Of a stretch of DNA of 64,000 nt, positions 38,469 through 51,424 are shown in pieces. The notes under the pieces are model-generated. The model was not told the origin of the DNA. It saw nothing but the letters and a program-made list of their open reading frames with translations, and searched no databases. The number at the start of each line of letters is the position of its first letter. Within the stretch, counting starts at the first letter, position 1. The DNA is from Octopus sinensis (taxonomy: Eukaryota): NCBI RefSeq assembly GCF_006345805.1, contig NW_021833031.1, positions 46,469 through 110,468 on the forward strand. Reading direction: 5' to 3'. Both the position numbers and the translations under genes were made by a program.

Positions 38469-39965
38469 GAGAGAATGCTATCGAAGAGTGAGAGCAATAC
38501 TCAAGACAGAGCTGAATGCAAGAAACAGGATCGAAGCAATCAATGCATTAGCTATACCAGTCGTGACTTACAGTTTCAATATTGTTAACTGGTCAATTAC
38601 TGAAATATGTCAATTCGACAGAAAAATAAGGAAACTGTTAACAATGCATAGAATGCACCACCCTAAGGCAGATACAGAACGACTCTATCTGCGAAGAAAA
38701 GAGGGAGGCCATGGTCTTTTGCAACTAGCAATACCAATGAAGATTGCTACAATTGGCCTAGACACCTACCTGAAAAACTCTGAGGACTGGATGTTAAAAC
38801 TTGTCTCAAAACATGAAAACAAGAAAGCATCATACTCAGTCACAAAACAGGCAAAAGAATATCTAAGTGAATTCCGAATACAACCAATTTCGGAATTAGA
38901 GATAGATATACAAGAAACAAGCACAGAAAAAGCTAGGCGCATGAAAACCCGTGCCAAAACTGCGGCCTTAGATATTCTGAATAATAAATGGCAAGAAAAA
39001 CCTCTCTATGGCAAATACCCAAAGAGAGCGAATAATGCAGATATCGACAAAGCCCTGACCCATCAATGGCTAATGGCCTCTGGCTTAAAATCTGAAACAG
39101 AGGGGTTTATCATAGCAGCTCAAGATCAATGCCTACCAACAAGAAACTACCAGGCCAACATATTAAAGATCAGAAGCAGTCCAACGTGTCGTGTATGCAA
39201 GCAACAAAATGAAACCATTGACCATGTGGTCTCCAAGTGCAGTCTTCTAGCGCCTACAGAGTATCTCAACAGGCACGATAGAGCTGCACAATATATTCAC
39301 TGGGTAATCTGTAAAAACCTGGATTTGCCCCATGAAAAAAACTGGTGGGAACACAAACCACCCCCAGTGCTTGAAAATGACCACATCTCACTCCTCTGGA
39401 ACTTCACCATTCAAACTGACAGGAAGATAGATGCAAATAGGCCAGACATCATATTGAAAGACTTCAAACAAAGAACATGCCTCCTCATTGATATGACTGT
39501 CCCAATCGATATAAACGTATCTGTCAAGACCTACCAAAAACTAAGCAAATATAAAGATCTTGAAATAGAAATCAGCAAAATGTGGAAGCTGAAGACTAAA
39601 ACAATACCTGTTGTCATAGGTGCCCTGGGAATGATAGCAAAAGGGGCTGATAGCTACCTAACTCAGATACCAGGAAACCCAAAAATGGCAGAAGTTCAAA
39701 AGACAGTGCTCATGGGAACTGCTCATATCCTACGCAAAATACTCTCTATGTAATCTCAAGGTTTAAAACAAACATAATTTTCGGTTTAAAAAAAAAAAAA
39801 AAAAAAACTTTTTTTTTAGACATTCATTAGTACAACATCCCCACCCCCAAATATATGGCACACTAGGCATAACAACAACATGAACTTCCAACCCTGTTGT
39901 CTCTTGAGGTCTCTGGGTGAGACTTGGAGCCAACTTGTACGAATATAAAGCAAAAGTCAAACATA

Positions 39966-39967
<2 letters not shown>
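38469..39967 (+). mobile_element. 5'-truncated R4/Dong-like RLE LINE, copy 2
   Basis: Open frame to the stop at 39753, ~6 aa differences from copy 1; same 3' UTR; (AAT)n on both sides. Confidence 0.92.
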
Positions 39968-40011
<44 letters not shown>

Positions 40012-40153
40012 CATAATGATAATAATAATAATAATCATAATGATAATAATAATAACTATAATAATAATAATAATAATGATAATAATAATAATCATAATAA
40101 TAATAATAATAATAATAACAATAATGATGATAATAATAATAATAATCATAATG

Positions 40154-40185
<32 letters not shown>

Positions 40186-40302
40186 CATAATGATAATAAT
40201 AATAATCATAATGATAATAATAATAATTATAATAATAATAATAATAATGATAATAATAATAATGATAATAATATAATAATAATAATAATAATGATAATAA
40301 TG

Positions 40303-40376
<74 letters not shown>

Positions 40377-40421
40377 TAATAATGATATAATAATAATAAT
40401 ATAATAATAATGATAATAATG

Positions 40422-40452
<31 letters not shown>

Positions 40453-40500
40453 TAATAATGATAATAATAATAATAATAATGATAATAATGATAATAATTT
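39968..40500. repeat. (AAT)n array, 3' tail/target of the R4-like element
   Basis: Directly visible. Confidence 0.95.
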
Positions 40501-40620
40501 CAAATTTTTGCCACAAGGACAGCTTGGAGGAGGGGATTAAGACGATTACATCGACCTCAATGTTGACCTCGGCGGAATTTGAACTCTGGACGTACCGACA
40601 GGCGAAATACCGCTAAGCAT
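40499..40620 (-). mobile_element. SINE family B, internally shortened
   Basis: gacctcggcggaatttgaactc..gcgaaataccgctaagcat. Confidence 0.7.
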
Positions 40621-40668
40621 AATAATAATAATGATTATAATAATAACAATAATAATAATAATAATAAT

Positions 40669-41070
40669 GATAGAAATTTCATTTATTTGCCTGCAGGGCG
40701 AATTATGAGGGGGATAATACAAATACAGATATAAAGTGTGGCGGTTTACATATAATGAAAGGATAGAATATATAAATAACTAAAAAATAAAGTGTAAATA
40801 TACAAAGCATGCTATGCAGAGGAAGGGAAATTGACATACTGGTACAAAGGTTAAAAAAGGTGGTGGGGTGGGGAGATTGGGATGTAGTCCTTCTCGTACA
40901 GGTTGACCTCTTGGTATAATAGAGGGACCTCGCTGTCCAAGATCTTGAACAAGTGCCCTCTCCAATTCCTTTTCTCCGACTCACAAGTGTACACTCACAG
41001 ATGTAACATCCACACTTGCCATTTTCGCAACTTTCACCCACCTTCGTAAAATCACTCGAGGACAGACCCT
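40669..41070 (-). mobile_element. Tx1-like LINE 3' end
   Basis: Reverse complement matches 35850-35960 (gtgggt.aaagttgcgaaaatggcaag..ggaattggagagggcac); ends aataaatgaaatttctatc followed by (att)n. Confidence 0.75.
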
Positions 41071-41090
41071 CCCCCTCCCCCTCAATAATA

Positions 41091-41487
41091 ATTCTTTCTA
41101 CTATAGGCACAAGGCCTGAAACATTTGGGGAGGGGGCTAGTCGATTCTATCGACCCCAGTACGCAACTGGTACTTAATTTATCGACCCCGAAAGGATGAA
41201 AGGAAAAGCCGATTTCGGCGGATTTTAACTCAGAACGTAGCGACAGACAAAATACCTATTTATTTACTATCTACAAGGGGCTAAACACAGAGAGGACAAA
41301 CAAGGACAGACGAACGGATTAAGTCGATTACATCGACTCCAGTTCGTAACTGGTACTTAATTTATCGACCCCGAAAGGATGAAAGGCAAAGTCGACCCGA
41401 CGGAATTTGAACTCAGAGCGTAACGGCTGACGAAATAAGGCTACGCATTTCACTCGGCGTGCTAACGTTTCTGCCAGCTCGCAGCCT
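41091..41487 (-). mobile_element. SINE family B, long form with duplicated core
   Basis: Two tandem core modules (atcgaccccgaaaggatgaaagg), as in 50710-51115. Confidence 0.9.
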
Positions 41488-42181
41488 TATCCACCCTCAA
41501 AAATAATGAAAAGGTGATGATGATGATGATTGTGATGAAGAAAAAGAACAAGAAGAGTTTTTTCTAATTTTGGTTCAATGGCAGCAGTTTAACGAAAAGT
41601 GTTTTTTGATTACATGTGCTCAGCTGGTACTAATATTGTCAACCCTGGAACTATGAAAAGCAAAGTTAACCTCGGTGGAATCTGAACGCAGGACAATGTC
41701 TGTAAATACAGCGAAAGGCATCTTACAAAATGTGTGAAAATTACTGTGCCGCCGACCTTTATTTGAGATCATTATAACATGTTTCGAAATTTCAAGAAAG
41801 ATTGGAATTTTTCTCTCCATGTAAGCTACTCCTCCACTGCTTACGATGCAAGATATAGAATGACCAATATAATTAGCTGTTATTTGAACTGGTATTGGAT
41901 CTTTGGTGATATCCGGAAGATAGTATATGTAAAGTTCTAGTTTCAAATATTGCCTATTTTATACGGAATATTTCTAAATGAGTTCCTTCTTGGTTTCATG
42001 TTTTGCGGAGGATATGTCTCCATATTTGTCATTATGGCGGGTCATTATATTACATATGTTACACAGAATTCCAACAAATGATTCTAAGACTTCTGTCATC
42101 GTCTTTGAAATAAGATACCAGCTAACACAAAACGTATCTGGTTATTCCCATTCACATACATGTTAACACATGCATCTACAA

Positions 42182-42217
<36 letters not shown>

Positions 42218-42413
42218 TACACACAACACACATACACAACACACACAAACACTCTCATACACACACATGCATAACCACGTATATGCATACACACAACACG
42301 CAAAACCATATTTATATATAAATTTGTATATGTTTGCCTGTGATTGTGTATGAATGTGTGTGTTTGATTGTAGGTGTATATGCGTATAATATGAAATAGA
42401 CATACAAACATAC

Positions 42414-42460
<47 letters not shown>

Positions 42461-42566
42461 TATATGCATGTATCTATCTATATCTATATATCTATATATA
42501 TATATATATCATTGAAAGTCCCTCCTAGCAGGTAGCATTTATGTATATTAACGCCCTCTATATATA

Positions 42567-42666
<100 letters not shown>

Positions 42667-42857
42667 ATATATATACAAGCATAAATATTCACAAACGTAT
42701 ACATGCACGGAGATACGCAAGGACACGTGCATACACAAAATATGCGAGTGGTGTTTGAGGACAAATTTGGTAATTTAGCAAAACAAATTTTATCAAGAAA
42801 AAGACAAACGTAATTTAAGAAGAAATTGCGCGTGTTCCCGTTTTCGATTTTGCAAAA

Positions 42858-43410
42858 TTATTCTGTGAATCCGCCTCCAGCTAAGATGAGTGCTTCAGTG
42901 TAGGGCCAGAATCATTGGCATGCTAGAACTTATTTATTTTGGACATTATTTGGACGGTGGCAGCTTCTAGTGAAGGTATGGTATTGTGAAGGATTCGATT
43001 AATTTCCCTTTAAAATTTGTATCTATTGTAATTGTCCAATGAATTTAAGTCTGACGATTTTGGTAGGCATAAGTTTCGTGTCATGTGATTATCAAGATTG
43101 CTTTATATCCTTTCTTGGTTTATGTGGGTTTTGTGAGAAAGAGCCGAGTCTGATTGAAGCACAAATAGCATTCCACTGCGTACTGCATCCACACAAGGCT
43201 TAACAACTTTCTCCAGCGCCTCAACGTAGCCAGCGGCACTAATTCTGAGATCCTGTCGAACGATGTAAGGTGACATGGAATGTCCTTCGTTGCTCACCAC
43301 TTCCAAAATCATCGCTGCTGCTGGAAATTTAGTGTGCAACAGTCTGAGGACATAATAATTATCTATACGAAATCATCTGTCCTTTCTCCTATTTTGTTGT
43401 GGTCGAAATT
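42858..43410 (-). pseudogene. Degraded Tc1/mariner (maT/DD37D-like) transposase
   Basis: HTKFPAAAMILEVVSNEGH..VVKP..FVLQSDSA.SHK, SSDLNSLDNY-like (WPPNSPDLNPLDY) and a GGFTE* end. Confidence 0.8.
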
Positions 43411-43530
43411 TCTTTGTAAGCCTAGTACTTATTCTATCGGTCTCTTTTGCGGAACCGCTCAGTTACGGGGACGTAAACACACCAGAATCGGTTGTCAAGC
43501 GATGCTGGAGGGACAAACACAGACACACAA

Positions 43531-43564
<34 letters not shown>

Positions 43565-43720
43565 GCGACAGGATTCTTTCAGTTTCCGTCTATCAAATCC
43601 ACTCATAAGGCTTTGGTCGGCCCCGGGCTATAGTAGAAGATACTTGCCCAAGGTGCCACGCAGTGGGACTGAACCCGGAACCATGTTGTTCGTAAGCAAG
43701 CTACTTACCACACAGCCACT
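43410..43720 (-). mobile_element. SINE family A, 3'-truncated, abutting the transposase remnant
   Basis: ttctttgtaagcctagtacttattctatcgg..ctacttaccacacagccact. Confidence 0.9.
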
Positions 43721-46700
43721 CGTTATCTTCTAAAGGAAATGGCATGTGCTAAACTTCGAGGGAAAGAACAGACAAAATTGTTATTCATGTTAGTCTACTT
43801 CGTGGTGAAATAAAATTTATAATCGATCTTCCATCTTTGACGGTTTTTATGTCTTGTCTGGCGACTTATTTTCCGCGAAACTAGCGTCCTGTTCAAGAAG
43901 AATTTTGTCTCTCCTCCTTGCATCGCTTCAGTAAACCGGAGTATTCACAAGCAAACTGTGTGGATAATTCACCCAGCTACCCAGCCCTTCTTCCCCTGAT
44001 CATTTTCTTCTGGCAATCACTCCCTGTAAATGATTATTTAACTGTTGTTAACTTGCAGTAATGAGCAGTATCCAGAGTTTTGGAGTCGTTGAGAAGGCTA
44101 TATGTACGCAAGGTTTCTACACATCTAACCCATAAAAAATACTCGTTGAAGAATTCTGTCTAAATATCGAATTATTATCGAACCATCATTAAACTATTTC
44201 TTATTATCTTCACAATTCCGCTTTCGTAGCATTATCTCTGCCCGCCGAAAACTTCATCTTTATTAATTTGTGTTACATTTCTTGCAATAAAGTCTTTTTA
44301 TTTCCTTCAATTATTTTCTACGACTGCATTTAGAACCTACGGAATATAACTTGATTAGTTATTTGTTATGAAAATGTGGAGGCGTCAGGGTGGAGAAACT
44401 ATGTCCATTGCTTCAAAAAGATAAAAGGTTGTTTTTCAAGAGCTGGAAATATATTAAAGGACCAAATAAACCGAAACCCAAGAGATTAAAGAAGGAACTG
44501 ATATTAACTTCTTACACTGAAGAACCATTTTCCTTCCATTTTCAGTGTCTATTTTATTTCAGGTTTGGTGCTAATTTTGCTGCTTTATTTCGATTCTTCT
44601 TAACCTTGGAGATTTTCTCTCGTTTCTTCTATCATTTAATACTTATCTATGATACATATTAATACTATAAGGCTTACAGTACTTTTTTTTATCTCATTCG
44701 ATAACGCTAACTTTACATATTTTATTTCATTTATTTTAGATATAATATTACGTTCTTTAGTCTATTTTCGTATGAACATTATCTTCCAGTACAGCTTCTA
44801 TTCTGACGCTCTCATTCTTTCTTCTGTAAGCCAAGCAACTACACTAAAGATTATTTCACAGAATATAACAGAAGAGAAATATTGAAGAGATAGTAAAGAA
44901 GAGGAACAATTCAACTTCGACATAACATATCAGGTTTTTTATCTTTCCCCATTTAGAATGTTCAGAACGGTTATATATCTATTATGATAACCATTTGACG
45001 ATTTAAAACCTTCATCTGCTTCGATTCCAATCTTAACCTCTTGTGCTAAATTCGGTTCTACTGATACAGTCCTTGTTTTTAGGATTAAAATGTCTACAGG
45101 TAACACGGATAGATACCATAAATATATAATATTTTATTATGAATCTTTGCGTTTGGAGTTCAATTCGTATGAAGTTAAGTTTGATGATCAATTCTTAATC
45201 TATAAAATACGTACAAAACTTATCTCGATGGTGTATACACGATTTACTTGCATATATACTTCGGATCACTGCTAGTATGCGTCTTCTGTAGAGATTGAAA
45301 GTATTTACCGATCTATATAAGTTACAAGAAAATAAATATTCCTACTTTAATGTTCGATCATCCATTGTGGTAAATTGATTGATTAGGCCTATACTCAAAG
45401 TTGTCCCACCTTTAACCATCCTGCTTGTTTCTAAAACTGCATTTATTTATTTGCATATTTCTGGCCAAACTTCAAACTGCTACAACACTATACTGCCTTA
45501 AATAAGGGAAGGACATACTGGATAATGTATTCCCTAAAATACTAAAAGATGGGGCCGCCTACGGCTATATTTGTGACGTATTGTTTGTTGTACGTTTTCA
45601 AATGAACAAACCATTTATGGCTATCTTTTGATATGTAAGCAAAGAGATTACACAATAAGTTTCATTTTCTACCTGTCAGAAAAGCTAAACTGTTTCGGGT
45701 AGTTTTTGATCTTATTATGTCTTCATCGGGAAACGTAACCTTTCTGTTCATTCATACATTAGCTATCCAGCTAAACTAGTCAGGTCCATTTGCATAAAAT
45801 AGTATGAACTAACAGTGTGGATTTAATTCTTAATTAATAAATTTTTGAATAATTTGAAGTGTGTAGTACACATTTTAGAAAAGTATATTCGCAATTTTTG
45901 AACCTTTTTAAAAAGTAAGTAAAGATCTTACTTCACAAAGTTTTTTGATCGATCTATTCATAGAATTATTGTAACAAATCTAACTAATTTCTACATGTCT
46001 TAGATTTTCAGTGGATTTAGAAACATTTATTTTCTCTCGACAGGGATTGACAGCTTATCTCTAGTGGATATAAAATAATTCTTAAATTGGTCAATTTAAG
46101 TTGCACAGAAATGTATCGATTGGAAATAGGTTTAATGAATCGATTCTCTGGAGAGTACGGTTAAATGTTGTGTAGTTAATTAAAATGATTTACTATACAG
46201 TTGAAGTTATCCAAAAAACTTGTAGATAATTACAAATGAACATTTATCACACTAACCATTAACAGTTAGGAGCATACCACCATCTTTCTTCAAGTAGAGT
46301 AGAGCTATTCCATTTCGTGGTTAGAAATCTTCTTGAGTTAATAGTAAAGGAAACATTATAAGATGGCAACGGAAATTTTCCTACGTTAATTTCTTATTTC
46401 ATAATGATATTAATTTACTTCCTGTTATAAGAACAATTACATCATCTTTTTCAAATTTGTTCCGTCTTTTCCTGCCGGTAGTTGGGTTGTTTACCAAATA
46501 TTTCCTTTGACTGAATTTGGGGTAATTAATTCCTGTTCTGTGTTACACAAGAGATGGAAAATAACATTAAGTATTCTATATTGTCTGTTTCAACGATGGC
46601 AGAAGAAGGATGAGAAGGTGAAAATGTGAATGGATAATTAAAAACAGAAAATAAATGAATCTCATTCGGAAAGAGAAAATATGCATACGGGGATTGTCAA

Positions 46701-48119
46701 TTGTCGTTTTAGGCTCTAAACAATCTTTAGCTATTAGTCGAAAGTGATTTCTGACCATGTGGTAAAGTAACGCCATCCATGGTGATAACGTCATTCATGG
46801 TGGATACATGAATGGATAACGCCATTCATGGTGGATACATATATGTACAAAACTAGGCAGATGGTCATTAGTTAAGAATATTATTTCTAGTGAAGTAATA
46901 TGTAAATGTTATTGAATAAGCGATCGGGGCGGACTGGACAACAGATATAAGTATCTTTAGTTGACCATCTGTTTCATTTGATTTCGTCTTCACCACCAGC
47001 GATATATTTTATGTCAATCGCACACAGCTTGAGAGAATTTAATTTTGATTTAAATTTCCAATGATATTTATATAATTTCCCTTGCAGATGTACTGAAGAA
47101 GTATAAATATTGAAACGTAGCGCAGATTATAGAAAAACAAAAACAATTTTGCATGTATTCAATCAATACTACGAGACGTAATTCTATTCTCATTGTGAAT
47201 TAATGAATTAACTCTACCCCTGAAAATAGTTAGAAAGAGGAAGAGGGGGAGATGGATTTGTGACATGTGGATAGTATATATCCGCAAATTAAACATGTGT
47301 GTTTTAAAAATGGCACGTTAGTGAATATTCTTCGTGGTTTTAAGGATCATTTTGTAAAATTTTGGGGATGAAGAACAGACGAAGTGAAACCCATGTCGAC
47401 ATCTCTCATTTCCACTTATAAAGAGCAATTTACAAATGCATATCAAGTATTCCGATCACACTTGAGTGAATGATGTCATTGAAAGAGACGTAAACCATTA
47501 CTCATTAATTACAATATTCGGTTTTGAGATAAATATATGTAAATGAAGTAAGTCTATGCAAATGAAAGATTGAAATTTTAGAATAACACAATCTTCGCTC
47601 CAGTAATATGGGAGGAAGTTGAAATTTTATATTTTGTATATTGTGTTGCAATATTCGTTAACTATAACTGGTTTTGTGTGAATCCTTTCCATTACTCTCA
47701 CTGAAGATAAGAAAAAAAAAAAGAAAATGGTATTTGCTTGGCGTTAACTGTTGAGTTCTTTTGATAATAATCATCTCGTTTTGGTAAAGGAAGAGTTATC
47801 TTTGATATACCGAGTTGGAGGCAGAGATTCACATGGCGATGCCAGATTCTTGAGGTAAAAGACTTCTCATCTTGGAAATATAAAAATTCTAGAAATTAAG
47901 ACGAGCTTTTAGCACGAAGGCTGACGAAAAAAAAAAATGTGCTTTATTATTGTAAGGTTTCCTATTTACGAAAATGCTTTAATGGACAGCAGATTAGAAA
48001 TTCTTCTGTAGCTATTGGTATGTTTATGAGAACAATGACGTGTACTAGGAATATTTATTAATATATTTTTGATATTTGTTATTTCTAATATAGTTTGGTT
48101 TTGTTTGTATAGGAGAGTG

Positions 48120-48432
48120 ACAGCCTGTTGATTACGACGACGAGGGTTCCAGGTGATCCGATCAGCGGAACAGCTTGCTCGTGAAATTGACGTGTAAATG
48201 GCTGAACTTTCCAGAGACATATGTACACTAAATGCAGTTCTCAGGGAAATTCGCTGAGTGTGACAAGACCGGACCTTTGAATTATAGGTACTACTCACTT
48301 TTGCCAGCTGAGTGGACTGGAGCAACGTGAAATAAAGTGTCTTGCTCAAGAACACAACATGCCGCCAGGAATTGGAATCACAACCATACTAGCGTGAGCC
48401 GAACACCCTTACAAGTAAGCCATCAGCCTTCA
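48120..48432 (-). mobile_element. SINE family C (CORE/Meta-like core)
   Basis: gctgagtggactggagcaacgtgaaataaagtgtcttgctcaagaacacaac followed by a reversed tRNA-like head. Confidence 0.65.
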
Positions 48433-49028
48433 CATTGAAAAATAGTTCTAAAACGATTACAGTTTTCTTGTTAATGGCGACAGCTATTTTCAGTCCCAAA
48501 TTATAAAAAAAAGTTTAACAAATGTTTCTCTAGCGTTTCCAATAAATGATAGTTTGAGGGTTGCCATGTGACCAGACTGTTATCACTATATAAAGCTTTG
48601 TATATCGCTGTTAAATTCTTCTACGATATCATATTGTAAAGCACTGTCGCACGACTCCATGCATCCGTTGAACGCATTAAAAAAATGTGTTGTTAATACT
48701 AGCAAAATGTTCATAAAAATATTTTCTCAATATAGATATAATGATATTACACCATTGTCATGTATGGTGTCTTATCAATTTCATCTTATCAATTTCGACG
48801 ACATTGGTACAAAAATATTTTAGAATAGAAACATCATGTTTGACAATATCAAGTGAGATGAATGTTGTTTCTGTTCGTTGTTACTAATTTAAATCAGTTA
48901 ATGATGGTTCTACCATAATTCTACTGTTAGAGTTAGGCTGCGTTCTTAATATTTTCAGTAATGGCATTTAAGAACATTTCATTGACTATTCTCATCTTCG
49001 TAATCACAGGACTGAGTAACTTGCATTT

Positions 49029-49363
49029 AGTACCAGTTACACACTGGAGTCGATATAATCGACGTAATCCGTTTCTCCGTCCATGTTTGTCCTCTCTGTG
49101 TTTACTCCCTTGTGGGTAGTAAAGAAATAGGTATTTCGTCTGCCGCTACGTTCTGAGTTCAAATTCTGCCGAAATCGACTTTGCCTTTCATCCTTCCGGG
49201 GTTGTTAAATTAATTACCTGTTGGGTACTGGCGTCGATCCAATCGACTGAACCCCTGCCCCTAAAATTTCGGGCCTTGTGCTTAGAGTAGAAAAGAATAA
49301 ATCTTTAAATATGTATTCATAAAACATATTTATGCATATGCGTTTAAACGTATATGTAAAGTT
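49029..49363 (+). repeat. Local duplication of a SINE B 3' part plus flank (partner 50841-51175)
   Basis: Near-identical, including ~60 bp of non-SINE flank (aaatatgtattcataaaacatatttatgcatatgcgtttaaacg). Confidence 0.85.
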
Positions 49364-50471
49364 TGTATATGTGTGTGTGTATATATGTGTGTATGTGTGT
49401 GTGTCTGTGTGTGTATGTGAAATAAGCCAAATAATTTTCCAGCACTTCACGTTTAAGTAAAGATTCTAATCTATCGCTATGTTTAGGTTTACGTGCTAGA
49501 TATTTTTGCTTTGCTATTTTGGAGTCTATCTTACGAAATGTATGTGATTTATGAATGAAGTTTCAATGTTACAAGTCGGTTAAATTTATAATTTTCAGCT
49601 TTGTAACTTCTTTTGGTTTAGTCTTAGAATACGAATGTCTATATTTTTCTTCGATTCTTAATATTCCTAATGTCGAGTATATGCTCCAACTGGTCATGAG
49701 GTCATTATTGACAAAGAAGTTATTAATTTTAAACAAACTTTGCTTATAGAGTATTAACAATGAGGAGATTAAATGAAAGAAAAAATAAATCGTGAAGAAG
49801 ATATGGAGAAAAATATTGATTGCTAGAAACATAATATGAATGTGTAATTTTAATTGAAAGAATATATACAAGAAAATCTAAATTAGTTTCTTAGACGTTA
49901 AACACAAACACACACACGCACACAACATATCTAGATATAAATGTGTGTATATATATATATATATATATTGAGATCTATTTATACATATGTACGTATATTT
50001 CCGTCAAATTTTCATTATTTCCCAAGCATGCGCACAAAGGTAAAATATACCAAATTACCAAAACCCACCGCAACGCCATCTACCAACAAATGCGATCGGA
50101 ATAACAACGGCAACAACAGTAGAAAGAATAAAATAGAATAGAGTAAGCCACCAGAGAATTAAACAATAAAAAATTAGAATTATTAATTATTATTTTCTAA
50201 TATTTTCCAACAAACTTAATTAAAATTCCATCGATATTCAAGGACATATTTAACTTTTAATTTATGTTCCTACGCAATATTACCGAGAAGACTTCTGGTA
50301 TATGGAATTTTAAACACACACGCGCCAAATCGGGCATATGAAGCGTATAGTTGTGATATGCATGCTCACTCTCACACATACATACATAAAATATATTTAC
50401 ACAGGCCTCATACAACTTATATATATATATATAATACGTATTATATATTATATGAATATTATATATATATA

Positions 50472-50534
<63 letters not shown>

Positions 50535-50709
50535 ATAATTTTAATCCAAACGGGAAACAAAAAACAACAACAATGGAACAATTACAGTATTATTATTAAT
50601 AGGCGCTCAGGAAAAGGAAGCAGGGAGGTATGACGTTTCGAGCGGAGCTCTTCATTCATATAAAATACATTATTATATATATTATATACATAATATCTAT
50701 TTAAATATA

Positions 50710-51115
50710 AGGTGGCGAGCTGGCAGAAACGTTAGCATGCCAGGCGAAATGCTTAGCAGTATTTCGTCTGCCGCTACGTTCTGAGTTCAAATTCCGCCGA
50801 GGTCGACTTTGCCTTTCATCCTTTCGGGTTCGATTATATAAGTACCAGTTACACACTGGAGTCGATATAATCGACGTAATCCGTTTCTCCGTCCATGTTT
50901 GTCCTCTCTGTGTTTAGCCCCTTGTGGGTAGTAAAGAAATAGGTATTTCGTCTGCCGCTACGTTCTGAGTTCAAATTCTGCCGAAATCGACTTTGCCTTT
51001 CATCCTTCCGGGGTTGTTAAATTATGTACCAGTTGGGTACTGGCGTCGATCCAATCGACTGGACCCCTGCCCTTGAAATTTCGGGCCTTGTGCTTAGAGT
51101 AGAAAAGAATAAATA
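50710..51115 (+). mobile_element. SINE family B, long form
   Basis: aaggtggcgagctggcagaaacgttagc.. with two core modules. Confidence 0.9.
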
Positions 51116-51173
51116 TTTAAATATGTATTCATAAAACATATTTATGCATATGCGTTTAAACGTATATGTAAAG

Positions 51174-51210
<37 letters not shown>

Positions 51211-51313
51211 TGCATGTGCATGTGTGCGTACATTTGTATGTGGAAGTATATGTACTTGATAAATACATATATGATACATCTGACATGCCGATATATGCGG
51301 ACACACACACACA

Positions 51314-51372
<59 letters not shown>

Positions 51373-51390
51373 TATATATTTGTATATATG

Positions 51391-51424
<34 letters not shown>

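Noticed and set aside
33500-41500. One large mirror-image segmental inversion around ~37 kb
   Set aside because: Only repeats (R4, Tx1 end, SINE B) are shared; their order differs and unique sequence is not mirrored.
44700-45110. ~50-codon open stretches with protein-like composition
   Set aside because: No recognisable family; at best a very decayed RTE remnant; no convincing splice pair.
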